A DNA stretch of 64,000 nucleotides from Rhabdothermincola salaria (GCF_021246445.1 NZ_JAJQXW010000005.1:186001-250000); one strand, 5' to 3'; counted from the stretch's first letter, positions 22,059 through 32,608 are shown. Notes: a model not told the origin generated them from the sequence alone. A program made the numbers and translations.

Positions 22059-22511
22059 ATGGCAGCCTTCGAGGCCTTCGACGCCGACTACGAACCCAGC
22101 CCGTGGGAGCCGATCGCGGCAGAGGTCGAGCTCTACGAGAGGTCGGGCGGCTCCGAGCCGAGCGCGGTGGTGGGTGACCACTGGATCGTGCTGTGGACCC
22201 TCGGCGCCAAGTCGGGCAAGGTGCGCAAGACCCCGCTGGTGCGTGTGGCCGACGGCGAGGGCCACTACGCGGTGATCGGTTCGCAGGGGGGCGCTCCCAC
22301 CAGCCCGCAGTGGGTGCACAACCTGCGGGCCAAGCCGATGGCGCGGCTGCAGGACGGCAGCGAGGTCCGTGACTTCACGGTGCGCGAGGTGAGCGGCGAC
22401 GAGAAGGCCACCTGGTGGGCGCGAGCGGTCGCGGTGTGGCCCGACTACGACGACTACCAGGCCGCGACCGAGCGTTCGATCCCGCTGTTCGTGCTGGCGC
22501 CCGCCGGCTGA
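22059..22511 (+). CDS. F420-dependent (Ddn-like) nitroreductase family protein
   Basis: GAKSGKVRKTPL, SQGGAPTSPQWVHNL, YDDYQAATERSIP. Confidence 0.92.
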   Translation: MAAFEAFDADYEPSPWEPIAAEVELYERSGGSEPSAVVGDHWIVLWTLGAKSGKVRKTPLVRVADGEGHYAVIGSQGGAPTSPQWVHNLRAKPMARLQDGSEVRDFTVREVSGDEKATWWARAVAVWPDYDDYQAATERSIPLFVLAPAG

Positions 22512-22650
22512 CGCCTCGGTCCTGCGAACCGGACGCCAACGCCGGTCTGAGCGGGAGGGTCGGGGCGGATCCGCCCGAATCTGAACGATCTCTGTCACGC
22601 TGGTCGCCGAGAGAGTCCCACAGAGGTATCGACCAACGGGGAGAAGTCTC

Positions 22651-23271
22651 ATGACCGCATCGACGGCATCACCACCAACTGCCCAGGCTCCATCGGAGTC
22701 GCCGAAGATCACCCGGCCCCTCGAGAGGGTGTTGGGCGATGGCCACACCAAGGGGATGTGGGCCTGGACCGTGCTCAGGATCCTGCTCGGCTGGTCGTTC
22801 CTGTGGGCCTTCCTCGACAAGATGTTCGGGCTGGGCTTCTCGACCTGCCGGGCGGCGGAGTCCTCGGCCATCGACTTCGGGTGCGACGCCGCCATGATCA
22901 ACGGCGGTTCGCCCACGTACGGGTTCTTGAACTTCGGGACCGAGGCCAGCCACACGGGCTTCCTGTTCGACTGGATGGCGCCCTCGGCCCCCGACGCCAT
23001 CAACCTCGCCGACGTGGGGTTCATGGCCGCACTGCTCCTGGCGGGCGTGGCCTTGATGCTCGGGATCGCCGTGCGCACGGCCGCCGTGGGCAGCGCCTTG
23101 TTGATGGCGTTCATGTTCCTCGCCGCCGACGTGTGGCCGGAGAACAACCCGGTGAACAGCAGCCACCTGATCGAGATGGTGGCCTACCTGGGCATCGCGA
23201 CCGTCGGCGCCGGGCGGTTCGCGCTCCAGCCGTGGTTCTCGCGGGTGCCGGTACTGGGTCGCATCCCCTAG
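22651..23271 (+). CDS. DoxX/DoxD-family membrane protein
   Basis: LRILLGWSFLWAFLDKMFGLG, GGSPTYGFL, about four TM helices. Confidence 0.82.
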   Translation: MTASTASPPTAQAPSESPKITRPLERVLGDGHTKGMWAWTVLRILLGWSFLWAFLDKMFGLGFSTCRAAESSAIDFGCDAAMINGGSPTYGFLNFGTEASHTGFLFDWMAPSAPDAINLADVGFMAALLLAGVALMLGIAVRTAAVGSALLMAFMFLAADVWPENNPVNSSHLIEMVAYLGIATVGAGRFALQPWFSRVPVLGRIP

Positions 23272-23291
23272 CCGGCGATCGGGATCGGCGC

Positions 23292-23316
23292 GACCCGGGG
23301 CCACCGGCCCCGGGTC
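23292..23316. terminator. Hairpin between convergent genes
   Basis: GACCCGGGGCC-ACC-GGCCCCGGGTC, perfect 11-bp stem. Confidence 0.65.
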
Positions 23317-24214
23317 AGCCGAGGAAGTCGTCGAGCAGCCGGGCGAGCTCGACGGGGGTGTCGCCCTGCACGCTGTGGCCGGCCTCCTCGACGTGCTCGA
23401 CCCGTGCGTCGGGTCGGCGACGAAGGAGCTCGGCCTCGTCGGCGTCGTCCACGACGGACTGCGCACGCATGCCCCGCACCAACATGAGCGGCACCGACAC
23501 CCCCGACACGGCGTCCCACAGGTCGGCGAAGTCGGGGTGGCCGCCGACCTCGCCCTCCTCCCGGAAGCGCCGGTAGCGCCACACCCAGCTGCCGTCGGCC
23601 TGCTGCTCGGCGTTGTGCAGGATCCCTCGTCGCAGCGACGACTCGGTGCGGGTGGGGTTGAACTCGATGGTGCGGGCGAGCAGGTCCTCGAAGCTCGGGA
23701 AGGTCTCGGGGCCGTCGATGAACTGCACGATGGACTGGGCCTTGGGACCGTCCACCCCTGGGGTGACGTCGACGAGCGCCAGGCTCCGCACCAGCTCGGG
23801 GCGCTGGTCGGCGAGCGCCAGCGCGGTCATGCCGCCGAGGGACATGCCGACCACGGCGAGCGCATCGGGGGCGAGAGCGGCCACGACGGCGGCGACGTCG
23901 GTGGCGTTGCGGCGCACGTCGAGGCTGCCGCCGATGCCGCCGTCGGAATGGCCGTGGCCGGGCAGGTCGATCGCCACCAGCGGCCGGCCGAGGGCGAGAG
24001 CGACGGTGTCCCAGGTGTGCGCGTTCTGGGCTCCGCCGTGGAGCAGCACGACCTCTGCAGGGGCGTCGCCCCACACCAAGGCCGACAGGTGGCGGCCCGG
24101 CTCCACCTCCACCTTCTCCCGGCGCACGGTCGGAGGGCCGTCATACGGGATCCCGAACTCGGCGGCATTGTCCGCGAAGTAGCCGAACTCGTCGTAGGCG
24201 ATGCGCTCGATCAT
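23315..24214 (-). CDS. Alpha/beta hydrolase
   Basis: LLHGGAQNAHTWD, GMSLGG nucleophile elbow, AGHSVQGD. Confidence 0.92.
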   Translation of the reverse strand: MIERIAYDEFGYFADNAAEFGIPYDGPPTVRREKVEVEPGRHLSALVWGDAPAEVVLLHGGAQNAHTWDTVALALGRPLVAIDLPGHGHSDGGIGGSLDVRRNATDVAAVVAALAPDALAVVGMSLGGMTALALADQRPELVRSLALVDVTPGVDGPKAQSIVQFIDGPETFPSFEDLLARTIEFNPTRTESSLRRGILHNAEQQADGSWVWRYRRFREEGEVGGHPDFADLWDAVSGVSVPLMLVRGMRAQSVVDDADEAELLRRRPDARVEHVEEAGHSVQGDTPVELARLLDDFLG

Positions 24215-24333
24215 GGTTGTTCGTCCTCCGGGTGCTCGCCGCCGATCGGGATGGCCCGACCGTACCGCCGATGTCCGATGCGGGGATCGGGCGGGGCCGG
24301 GGCGATCCGTGTCGACCGCTCGGAGCCGGCCCG

Positions 24334-25030
24334 TCAGGTTCCCGTGTCGACGGGCAGTGACGGCGCCTCACCGGGGGAGAGGGCCACCGACGGGACATGG
24401 CGGGCCCGCAACGTGACCGGCGTGCCGAACGCCTCGGTGAGGTCCTGCTCGAGGCTCTCGGTGTCCGGTGGTGGGTGATGCCCACCACCGGCGAACGGGG
24501 GCACCAGGGCCACGGCGATGGCCACACCCGGCAGCGAGCTCGAGGTGCGGGGGTCGACGGTGGCCCAGGCGCCTGCCGCCACCCCCATGATCGGTGCCAT
24601 GAGCGGCGCGACGAGCATGGCGCCGATGACCACTGCGGTGGAGTTCTGCACGACGGCGAAGCTGGCGATGCCGACCGACAGCAGCATCATCACCCAGAAC
24701 GACGTCAGCTTGGCCAGGCGGTCGGGTGGTTCGACGAACAAGGTCTCGGCCAACTCGACCCGACGGGTCGGTGCCAGGCGTCGATCACGCAGCCAGGTCG
24801 TCGCCACCCTCGCCATCGACGCGGAGTCGATGCCCTCGGCGGTCGATCCCGCAGCGTGCTTCCCGGGGCCGGAGGCGACGAGCACGAGGCCTATGACGAT
24901 GGCGGTCGCACCGAGTACGGCCCGTATCGCCAGCAGGATGGTGCCGGGGGCCACCAGCACGAGGACGCCGACGCCGAACAAGCGCCACCGCGACGATGAG
25001 CCGATCGCGCCGGTCCTCCACCGCATGCCA
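24334..25030 (-). pseudogene. Degraded DUF389 membrane-protein gene
   Basis: NSTAVVIGAMLVAPLM joined almost directly to SLPGVAIAVALVPP; intervening TM helices missing; no clean start. Confidence 0.65.
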
Positions 25031-25287
25031 GGCCCGGAGGGCCCTGAAGGCCCCCCGCAGGATCGGGGACTCGTCGGTGTCTGCTCGGGCTGCGCAGTGG
25101 CTGGCGTCGCGACCAGCGACATGTCGCCGCGCACTGCGACGGCGGCGAGCGGGGTGCGAGGCCGGCCCACGAATGAGCCCGAACGGACCTGGGTACGAGC
25201 CCGGCATGCATCTCGCTCCCGGCGGCGTGGAGAACGATCCCGACCTGTCGGTCGCCGCGCCCGGCTCGTCCGACGTCGACCGCTGCG

Positions 25288-26610
25288 GTGGCTGACCGAT
25301 CGACGACCGCGTCGGGCACGTCCAGCGGGAGGATCACCCTCACCGGGGCCATCTCGATGGGCACTGGCGTGATGATCGGCGCCGGCGTCTTCGCCCTCAC
25401 GGGTCAGGTGGCGGCCGCTGCCGGTCCGCTCTTCCCCGTGGCCTTCGGCATCGCTGCCGTCGTCGCCGGCACCACCGCCTACTCCTATGTGAAGCTGTCG
25501 AACACCTTCCCCTCCGCCGGTGGTATCGGCCGATTCCTCACCGAGGCCTACGGTGTCGGGCCCATCGCCGCCGTCTTCACCATGGCGATGTGGGCCTCCA
25601 TGGTCCTCAACGAGAGTCTCGTGGCGCGGACCTTCGGGACCTACTTCTCCGGTCTGGTCGGCATCGAACCCGCCACGGTGTGGGTCGCGGGCCTCGGTGT
25701 CGTCCTTCTGGTCGGCTCGTTCGCCGTCAACGCGGCCGGCAACCGGGCGGTGAACGCCACCGAGAGCATCATGGCGGTGGTCAAGATCGGTGGCCTCGTT
25801 CTCTTCGCCGGGGCCTGCCTGGTGGTCGCCGACTTCCCCAGTGGTGACGGTGGGGGGATCGAGTCACCTGCGGCGGTGTCCCTCGTCGGCGCAGTGGCCA
25901 TCGCCCTGCTGGCCTTCAAGGGGTTCACGACCATCACCAACACCGGGGCCGAGATCGAGGACCCTCACCGCAACGTGGGTCGTGCCATCGTCTGGTCCAT
26001 CGCCATCGTCACGGTGATCTATCTGGCGGTCGCGTTCGCCGTGCGGGGCAACCTCACCCTGACCGAGATCATCGCGGCTCGCGACGACTCGCTGGCCGAA
26101 GCGGCCCGCCCGGTCTTCGGTTCAGTCGGCTTCCGTCTCGTCGCCGGGCTGGCTGTCGTGGCCACGGTCACCAGCGTCATGGCCTCCATGTACTCCACGT
26201 CGAGGATGCTGGGGATGATGAGCGACATGGGCGAGGTGCCGGAGGTGACGGCCGGGCGTCGGCTCCCGTTCGGCAATCCCCCGCTGGTGGTGACCACCGC
26301 AGCGGCGATCGTCCTCACCGTCCTCTTCGACCTGACCAGGATCGCCGCGCTGGGCGCGTTCGCGTATCTGACCCTCGACCTCGTCATCCATTGGGGGCAC
26401 TGGCGCCATCTGCGCCCCGACACCGGCGCCCGGGGTTCGCTGCTGTTGGCCGCCGTCGGCCTCGATGCCGTCGTGCTGGCGGGGCTCGTCGGCTTTCAGA
26501 TCATGAACGACCCGCTGGTCGTCGGAGCGTTCGTCGTCTTCGCCGTTCTCGTCGGCGGGGGAGAGACCGTCTACATGCGGCGGTACAGCGACGCGACCGA
26601 GACCGGGTAG
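25288..26610 (+). CDS. APC-family amino acid permease
   Basis: GTGVMIGAGVFAL, PSAGG, AFKGFTTITN, about 12 TM helices. Confidence 0.9.
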   Translation: MADRSTTASGTSSGRITLTGAISMGTGVMIGAGVFALTGQVAAAAGPLFPVAFGIAAVVAGTTAYSYVKLSNTFPSAGGIGRFLTEAYGVGPIAAVFTMAMWASMVLNESLVARTFGTYFSGLVGIEPATVWVAGLGVVLLVGSFAVNAAGNRAVNATESIMAVVKIGGLVLFAGACLVVADFPSGDGGGIESPAAVSLVGAVAIALLAFKGFTTITNTGAEIEDPHRNVGRAIVWSIAIVTVIYLAVAFAVRGNLTLTEIIAARDDSLAEAARPVFGSVGFRLVAGLAVVATVTSVMASMYSTSRMLGMMSDMGEVPEVTAGRRLPFGNPPLVVTTAAAIVLTVLFDLTRIAALGAFAYLTLDLVIHWGHWRHLRPDTGARGSLLLAAVGLDAVVLAGLVGFQIMNDPLVVGAFVVFAVLVGGGETVYMRRYSDATETG

Positions 26611-26699
26611 CCCCTCCGGGTGCCGCTCCACGACGTCTGACCCCCGGCGAGTGGTCCGGTCCGGAGAGGCCGCGACGTCGTCCCCGCTAGCGTTGTCTC

Positions 26700-27932
26700 G
26701 TGACGATCACCGAGGACACCAGCACCGACACCCCCGAGCAGGCCGAGTTCCGGGCCGAGGTGAGGGCGTTCCTCGCCGCCAACGCCAAGCCGCGGCAAGA
26801 GGACAGCCCGTTCGCCATCAACGCCCACACGAGCGAGGCCGAGGCCCGGGAGGCCTTCGAGACGGGCTGTCGCTGGCAGCGCACGCTCTTCGAGAACAAC
26901 CTCGCCGGGCTCACCTACCCCGTCGAGTACGGGGGTCGGGGCGGGCACCCCTGGCACGAGACGATCTATCGCGAAGAGGCGGCCCGCTACGACGTCTCCT
27001 CGGGGTTCATCGCCGCCACGATGGCCATGTTGCTGCCCACGCTGATGAAGCACGCCAGCGACGAGCAGAAGGCGTACTACGTCCCCCGGATGCTCTCGGC
27101 CGAGATCTCCATCTGCCAGCTCTTCAGCGAGCCGGGGGCGGGCTCGGATCTGGCCAGCCTCGCCTGTCGGGCGGTGCGCGACGGCGACGAGTTCGTCGTC
27201 ACCGGCCAGAAGGTGTGGAACTCGGCGGCCCAGTTCTGCAACTGGGGGATGCTGCTCACCCGCACCGACCCCGACGCCCCCAAGCACCAGGGCATCACCT
27301 TCGTGCTGGTCGACATGTCGAGCCCCGGCATCGAGGTCCGGCCCCTGGTGCAGCCCACCGGCGCCTCCCACTTCAACGAGGTCTTCCTCAGCGAGGTGCG
27401 CGTACCCGTGGCCAACGTCGTCGGCGAGATCAACGGCGGCTGGGCCCCGGCCCGCACCGTGCTGTCCAACGAGTCGGCGTTCATCGGGGGCGGCAGCGGT
27501 CAGAGCCTCTTCGAGACGCTGCGGTTGCTGGCCGAGCGGTTCGGCGTGCTCGACGACCCGGTGATCCGCCAGGAGCTCGCCGTGGCCTACAGCCGCGAGA
27601 AGGTGCTCGGGTTCGTCGGCGACCGGATCATGTCGGCCATCCGCCGTCGGGAGGTCCCGCCGGTCGACCCGTCGATCCTCAAGCTCTTCATCGCCGAGAG
27701 CAAGGTCCACAGCGGGAACCTCGGGATGCGGATCGCCGGGCCCGCCGGTCAGGCCGGGGGGTCCGAGGAGTCCCGGTGGGTGCAGTTCGAGCTCATCAAC
27801 CGCTTCGGCATCTCCATCGGTGGTGGCACCAACGAGGTCCAGCGCAACAACCTCGCCGAACGGGCCCTCGGCCTGCCCAGGGAGCCGGGCTACGACAAGA
27901 CCAAGCCCTGGAGGGACATCCCCCGCAGCTAG
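26700..27932 (+). CDS. Acyl-CoA dehydrogenase
   Basis: CQLFSEPGAGSDLA, GQKVWNS, FNEVFL, IGGGTNEVQRN. Confidence 0.94.
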   Translation: MTITEDTSTDTPEQAEFRAEVRAFLAANAKPRQEDSPFAINAHTSEAEAREAFETGCRWQRTLFENNLAGLTYPVEYGGRGGHPWHETIYREEAARYDVSSGFIAATMAMLLPTLMKHASDEQKAYYVPRMLSAEISICQLFSEPGAGSDLASLACRAVRDGDEFVVTGQKVWNSAAQFCNWGMLLTRTDPDAPKHQGITFVLVDMSSPGIEVRPLVQPTGASHFNEVFLSEVRVPVANVVGEINGGWAPARTVLSNESAFIGGGSGQSLFETLRLLAERFGVLDDPVIRQELAVAYSREKVLGFVGDRIMSAIRRREVPPVDPSILKLFIAESKVHSGNLGMRIAGPAGQAGGSEESRWVQFELINRFGISIGGGTNEVQRNNLAERALGLPREPGYDKTKPWRDIPRS

Positions 27933-28105
27933 CGGTCTGACCAGGGGCGCTCGCGGGTCGGGACCTTCTGCCGTGGTCATCCGCCGCGCCGAGGCGGAGA
28001 GTGGAACCGAACCCAGGATCGAGCACGCCTGATGCCGATCGGTCCGCCAGAACGCGTCCGTCGGGGCGAGGTGTGCTCGACCGTGACCGGTCCGAGGAGG
28101 CTGTC

Positions 28106-28924
28106 GTGGCCGTCCGTGAGCACAGCCAACCGGGCAACGTGCAGATCGACGGCGACCCCGCGGTCACCTCCGGGCCCCACGAGCTGTCGATGGTGTACGG
28201 CGGTGGCGGCGTGTTCGGCATCGGCTACACGGCGGGGGTCGCCCAGGGCCTGATCGACGGCGGCGTCCCGGTGGCCACCGCCCCGGCGCTGGGCACCTCG
28301 GCGGGGTCCTGGACCGCGGCGGCGGTCGCCCTCGGCCTCTCCCACGACGAGGTGGCCTCGATCGAGGTGCCGTCCGTCCCGACCCGCCAGCCGGGCGTGC
28401 TCGCCGACCGGGCCCGGGCGCTGTTCGGGGAGGCCACCCACCCGCTGGTGTCGGTGTCGGCGCTGGCGGTGCGCTCGCGCCGCCGCCACATCCTCGACGG
28501 CGGCCGCTACCCCCTCGCCGACCTGGTGGCGGCCTCATCGGCGGTGCCCGGCCTCTTCCCACCCCACCGCATCGACGGACGGCTCTACGTGGACGGAGGC
28601 ATGTGGTCGGTGACGTCCATCGACGCCGCCGCCGAAGCCAGATCGGTGATCGTGGTGGCGCCCCTCGCCGGGCCCCACATCGGCCTGTTCGGCCTCACCG
28701 GCCGCGGTGCCGGGTTCCTGCTGCGACGCGAGCTCGACACCTGGCAGCGCCGCCACCCCGACCGCCTCATCACCCTCATCCGGCCCAACAAGGAGATCGC
28801 CCGCTTCGCCGGGGTGAACCCCATGAACCTCTTCGACGCCGACGCCGCCCGGGACGTCTACCCCCTCGCCCGCGAGCAGGGGTTGCGCTGGGCGAAGCGT
28901 CTGGACGAGCGCCTCCCCTCCTGA
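28106..28924 (+). CDS. Patatin-like phospholipase
   Basis: GGGGVFG, GTSAG, DGG; GAGGAGG RBS before GTG 28106. Confidence 0.88.
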   Translation: MAVREHSQPGNVQIDGDPAVTSGPHELSMVYGGGGVFGIGYTAGVAQGLIDGGVPVATAPALGTSAGSWTAAAVALGLSHDEVASIEVPSVPTRQPGVLADRARALFGEATHPLVSVSALAVRSRRRHILDGGRYPLADLVAASSAVPGLFPPHRIDGRLYVDGGMWSVTSIDAAAEARSVIVVAPLAGPHIGLFGLTGRGAGFLLRRELDTWQRRHPDRLITLIRPNKEIARFAGVNPMNLFDADAARDVYPLAREQGLRWAKRLDERLPS

Positions 28925-29081
28925 TCGGGTTCGACAGCCGCCTCGGTCAGGCGCTGCTGTCACCGCTCGGCCTGGTCAGCTTCGTGATGACCCAGAAGAT
29001 GCTCCGGGGCATCGAGGCGCGCGCCTCGACAGGCACCCGCTCGCCGGGAGATGGTTGGTAGCGGCGATCGAAGGAGGCGAC

Positions 29082-29600
29082 ATGGACGTGCCCGAGCTGT
29101 TCGAGGACCTGATGTCGAGGGTGCAGGAACACGTCCACGAGGTGTCGGCGGGGTTGTCCCCGGCGGACCTGCTCGTCGTGCCCGAGGCCGGTTCCAACCC
29201 GATCGGCTGGTTGTTGTGGCACCTCACGCGGGTCCAGGACGCGCACATGGCCGAGTTGGTCGAGCGTGAGCAGGTGTGGATGGAGGACGGCTGGGCGGCC
29301 CGTTTCGGCGTCGAGGCCGATCCGTCCGACGTCGGGTTCGGCCACACACCCGAGCAGGTGGCGCGGGTTCGTCCCGAGAGCGTCTCGGCCGTGACCGGCT
29401 ACTACGACGCTGTTGCGGAGCGCACCCGTGCGTTCGTGGCGACGCTGACCCCAGAGGCGCTCGACCGCGTCGTCGACCGCAGCTGGGATCCGCCGGTGAC
29501 GCTCGGCGTCCGGTTGGTGAGCGTCCTCGACGACGACATCCAGCACGCGGGGCAGGCGGCCTACGTCCGGGGCCTCCTCGAACGTCGATCGGAGCGATAG
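29082..29600 (+). CDS. DinB-family protein (mycothiol S-transferase-like)
   Basis: NPIGWLLWHLTRVQD, WDPPVTLGVRLVSVLDDDIQHAGQ; AAGGAGG RBS. Confidence 0.9.
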   Translation: MDVPELFEDLMSRVQEHVHEVSAGLSPADLLVVPEAGSNPIGWLLWHLTRVQDAHMAELVEREQVWMEDGWAARFGVEADPSDVGFGHTPEQVARVRPESVSAVTGYYDAVAERTRAFVATLTPEALDRVVDRSWDPPVTLGVRLVSVLDDDIQHAGQAAYVRGLLERRSER

Positions 29601-29631
29601 GCGACCGTCCGAAACGAGCGGGGCCCGGTGC

Positions 29632-30825
29632 CTACGGTGAGGCGGCGTGGTCTCGCACCACGACCGCGACGGCGGCGGCGATGGCCAACGCACCGGCGGC
29701 GGACCACCACGACGCGGTGTAGGACCAGCGAGAGGCGATCACTCCGAACAGTGCCGGGCCCACCGTCCCGCCGGTCGCCAGCCCGGTGAGCACGATCCCG
29801 GCCGCGATCGACGGGGCCTCCGGTGTGGCGCGAACGGCTCGCAGGAAGGCCAGGCCGCTCCACCCCCAACCGGCGCCGAGCACGAGGAGCGCGCCGGCCA
29901 CGACGACGGCCGGGGCGCTCGACACGGCGAGCAGCGCCGCGCCGAGCGCCCCGAGAGCGAGGGCGCCGGCGAGCATCCTGCGGATGTGCTGGGGAGCCAG
30001 GTCGCTCGACCACCCGAGTCCCAGGCGGGTGGCGATGCTGGCGATGCTGGCGATGGCCAGCAGCACGCCGGCTGCGTTCTCGGTCCACCCGGCGTCGCTC
30101 ACGGCCGGGACGAAGAGGGTGGCCGCCGCCGACGACGCACCGGCGCCGAAGGCCACGCCCACCGCGAACAGCACGAGCGTGGCCCGTCGCGTCGTCGACC
30201 GGTGGGGCGCGTCGGTATCGGGAGAGGCCGGGTGGGCTGCGTGGTCGACGTCGCCGGGCACCGGATCGGGCGGGACGAGGAACCACACCGCCGGGGCGAG
30301 TGCGGCCCCGACGACGAACGCCCACTGCCAGCCGAGCGCATCGGCGAGCACCGGGAGCGAGAGGCCGGCCAGCATCGACGCGGCCGGGACGCTGGCTTCC
30401 TTGATCCCGAACGCCAGACCTTGGCGGCCGAACCGGACGGCCTCGGAGAACGAACGCGCCCCGCCGGTGTCGACGAGCCCGATGGCGGTGCCGGCCAAGC
30501 CCAGCAGCACGACCAGCTGCCACAGCTGGGTCGCGATCGTGCCCAGGGCCAGAGTGCAGATGCCCGAGAGCACGACGCCGGCGCGCATGGCGACCTTGGC
30601 GCCCACCCGATCGGTGACCCGCCCCATGCCGACGGCCGTGAGCCCACCGGCGGCGAAGAAACCGGTGATGGCGACGCCGGTTCCGGCCGTGCCGAAGCCC
30701 AGCTCGCGGCCGATGTCGGCCGACAGCGATCCGACCAGGAAGACGGGGAGGACGGCGACGGTCAGGGTGGCACTGGCGGCGAGGGTCACCCGTCGCACCG
30801 ACGACGTGGCGACCGGGGTGGACAT
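29632..30825 (-). CDS. MFS transporter
   Basis: GRVTDRVG motif A, about 12 TM helices. Confidence 0.9.
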   Translation of the reverse strand: MSTPVATSSVRRVTLAASATLTVAVLPVFLVGSLSADIGRELGFGTAGTGVAITGFFAAGGLTAVGMGRVTDRVGAKVAMRAGVVLSGICTLALGTIATQLWQLVVLLGLAGTAIGLVDTGGARSFSEAVRFGRQGLAFGIKEASVPAASMLAGLSLPVLADALGWQWAFVVGAALAPAVWFLVPPDPVPGDVDHAAHPASPDTDAPHRSTTRRATLVLFAVGVAFGAGASSAAATLFVPAVSDAGWTENAAGVLLAIASIASIATRLGLGWSSDLAPQHIRRMLAGALALGALGAALLAVSSAPAVVVAGALLVLGAGWGWSGLAFLRAVRATPEAPSIAAGIVLTGLATGGTVGPALFGVIASRWSYTASWWSAAGALAIAAAVAVVVRDHAASP

Positions 30826-30867
30826 GGCCCCAGGATGCCAGCCCGGGACCAGGTCCCTGCCGGTGGG

Positions 30868-31299
30868 TCAGGCGGTGCTCGACTGCTGCACCCAGGCCCG
30901 AAGCTCGTGGAGGGGGTGGGCGCCGACCAACCGACCCTTCTCGGTGCCGTGGTCGAGGAGGAGGAAGGTGGGGATGCCCTGGACCCCGAACCGGGCGCTG
31001 ATCCCCGGGGCCTCGTCCACGTTCACCTTCACGAGCTTGATCGACCCGGCCAGGTCCGTCGCCAGCTCTTCGAGCAGCGGACTGACCATGCGGCACGGAC
31101 CGCACCACGGGGCCCACAGGTCGACCACGACCGGGAGGGCGCTGGTGGCGACGGCATCGTCGAACTCGCCGGCCGTGGCCTCGACGATCCAGGGGAGGGA
31201 GTGGTGGCACGTCGCACAGCGAGGCACACCGGTCGCAGTGCTCGGCACGCGGTTCTTGGTGCCACAGCTCGCACAGCGACTCACCGTCGATTCGCTCAC
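30868..31299 (-). CDS. trxC: Thioredoxin with N-terminal zinc finger
   Basis: CASC..CATC and WCGPC. Confidence 0.88.
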   Translation of the reverse strand: MSESTVSRCASCGTKNRVPSTATGVPRCATCHHSLPWIVEATAGEFDDAVATSALPVVVDLWAPWCGPCRMVSPLLEELATDLAGSIKLVKVNVDEAPGISARFGVQGIPTFLLLDHGTEKGRLVGAHPLHELRAWVQQSSTA

Positions 31300-31431
31300 G
31301 CCGGTCCTCCTTCGGGTGGGACGCCTGCGACGAGCTCGCCGACGTCACGATGCCAGGAGCATTTCCGATGGGGCGGGCCTACGCCAGTACTGGGCCCCCG
31401 GCGACGAGGTGGCGATGCTCGACCAGCGGCC

Positions 31432-32043
31432 TCACGTGTCGGATGCACGGGTCATCGCCACCACGCCGATCCGGTAGAGGACGTAGGCGGCGGCGGCCCC
31501 GAGGAGGCCGTAGGTGATGTAGGAGCTGTACTGGTCCACCAGGCCGTAGTTCTCACCGAGGATCGACCCCAGGTAGGTCAGGACGCTGATCCAGAAGACG
31601 GTCCCCACCAGGTTGAGGGCGATGAACTCCCAGTACGGCATCCGGGTGAAGCCCGCCGGGATGGCGATGAAGGACCGGATGCCGGGGATGAGGCGTCCGA
31701 CGAGCACCGCCCAATGGTCGTGGCGCCGGAAGCGGTCCTGCGCCGACTCCAGGTTCTCCCGGGTGAACCCGAGCCACCCGCCGTGGCGCTCGAGGAAGTC
31801 CTTCACCGCCGGCTCGGGCACCGAACGGGCGACCGCGAACAGCGCGACCGACCCGATCGTGCTGCCCGCGACCCCGGCGACGACGACGAGGACCGGGTCG
31901 AGATCGCCGCGAGACGCGGCGAAGCCGCTGAAGGTCATCACGATCTCGGACTGGATGATCGGGAGGGGGATCTCCAGGATCATGAGCACGACGATCCCTG
32001 GGTACCCGACCGTCTCGACGAAGCTCGTGACCCAGTCGGACAT
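31432..32043 (-). CDS. DedA-family membrane protein
   Basis: PIIQSEIVM, GRLIPGIRSFIAIPAG. Confidence 0.93.
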   Translation of the reverse strand: MSDWVTSFVETVGYPGIVVLMILEIPLPIIQSEIVMTFSGFAASRGDLDPVLVVVAGVAGSTIGSVALFAVARSVPEPAVKDFLERHGGWLGFTRENLESAQDRFRRHDHWAVLVGRLIPGIRSFIAIPAGFTRMPYWEFIALNLVGTVFWISVLTYLGSILGENYGLVDQYSSYITYGLLGAAAAYVLYRIGVVAMTRASDT

Positions 32044-32175
32044 GGCCGGGACCTACCCCACGCGGAGGGTCCGCACCTTCGCACGACCCCTGGCCCGGGC
32101 TCCTGCGCGGCGGGTCCGGCTCGACGGTTCCCGGCCGCGCCGCGGGTTAGGGTCGATCGACGTCAGGGAGGTCGG

Positions 32176-32595
32176 ATGCCGAAGTCGTTGTCGCACGTCG
32201 TCGTGTTCACCGAGGACCTCGAGGAGGTCGTCGGGTTCTGCGTGGAGGTGGCGAGGATCTCCACCGTGTCGCGCTACGAGATCCCGGAGGAGAACGTGGG
32301 GCAGCTGTTCGGCTGGAGCGGGCTGGCCGCGCCGGCACGGGCGGCGTTCATCGGCGAAGGACCGGGCAGTCTCGACGTCATCGAGATCCCCGAGCACCTG
32401 CGGGGCGACGTCTCGCCCGGAATGCGCCTCCTGGCGGTGGTGAACCGGGACATCGATCGTGCCGGCGCCGAGGCGGCGGAGGCCGGGCACGTGGTGCGGG
32501 GACCGTTCCAGGTCACCGCCGCCACCGGGGCACCGATGTCCCTCGTCGAGGTGACTGCCGGCGGTCTGCCCTTCGAGCTCGTGCAGTTCGGCTGA
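32176..32595 (+). CDS. VOC/glyoxalase-family protein
   Basis: LSHVVVFTEDLE at N-terminus, GLPFELVQF at C-terminus; GGAGG RBS. Confidence 0.75.
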   Translation: MPKSLSHVVVFTEDLEEVVGFCVEVARISTVSRYEIPEENVGQLFGWSGLAAPARAAFIGEGPGSLDVIEIPEHLRGDVSPGMRLLAVVNRDIDRAGAEAAEAGHVVRGPFQVTAATGAPMSLVEVTAGGLPFELVQFG

Positions 32596-32608
32596 CACCC
32601 GGGAGCCG

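Noticed and set aside
16400..22580. Recurring GGGGCGGATC at about 16404, 16513 and 22562
   Set aside because: Short GC-rich word with dissimilar flanks; not enough for a REP-like element
25173..25295. 40-aa ORF overlapping the permease start
   Set aside because: No RBS or recognisable motif; cannot be distinguished from chance
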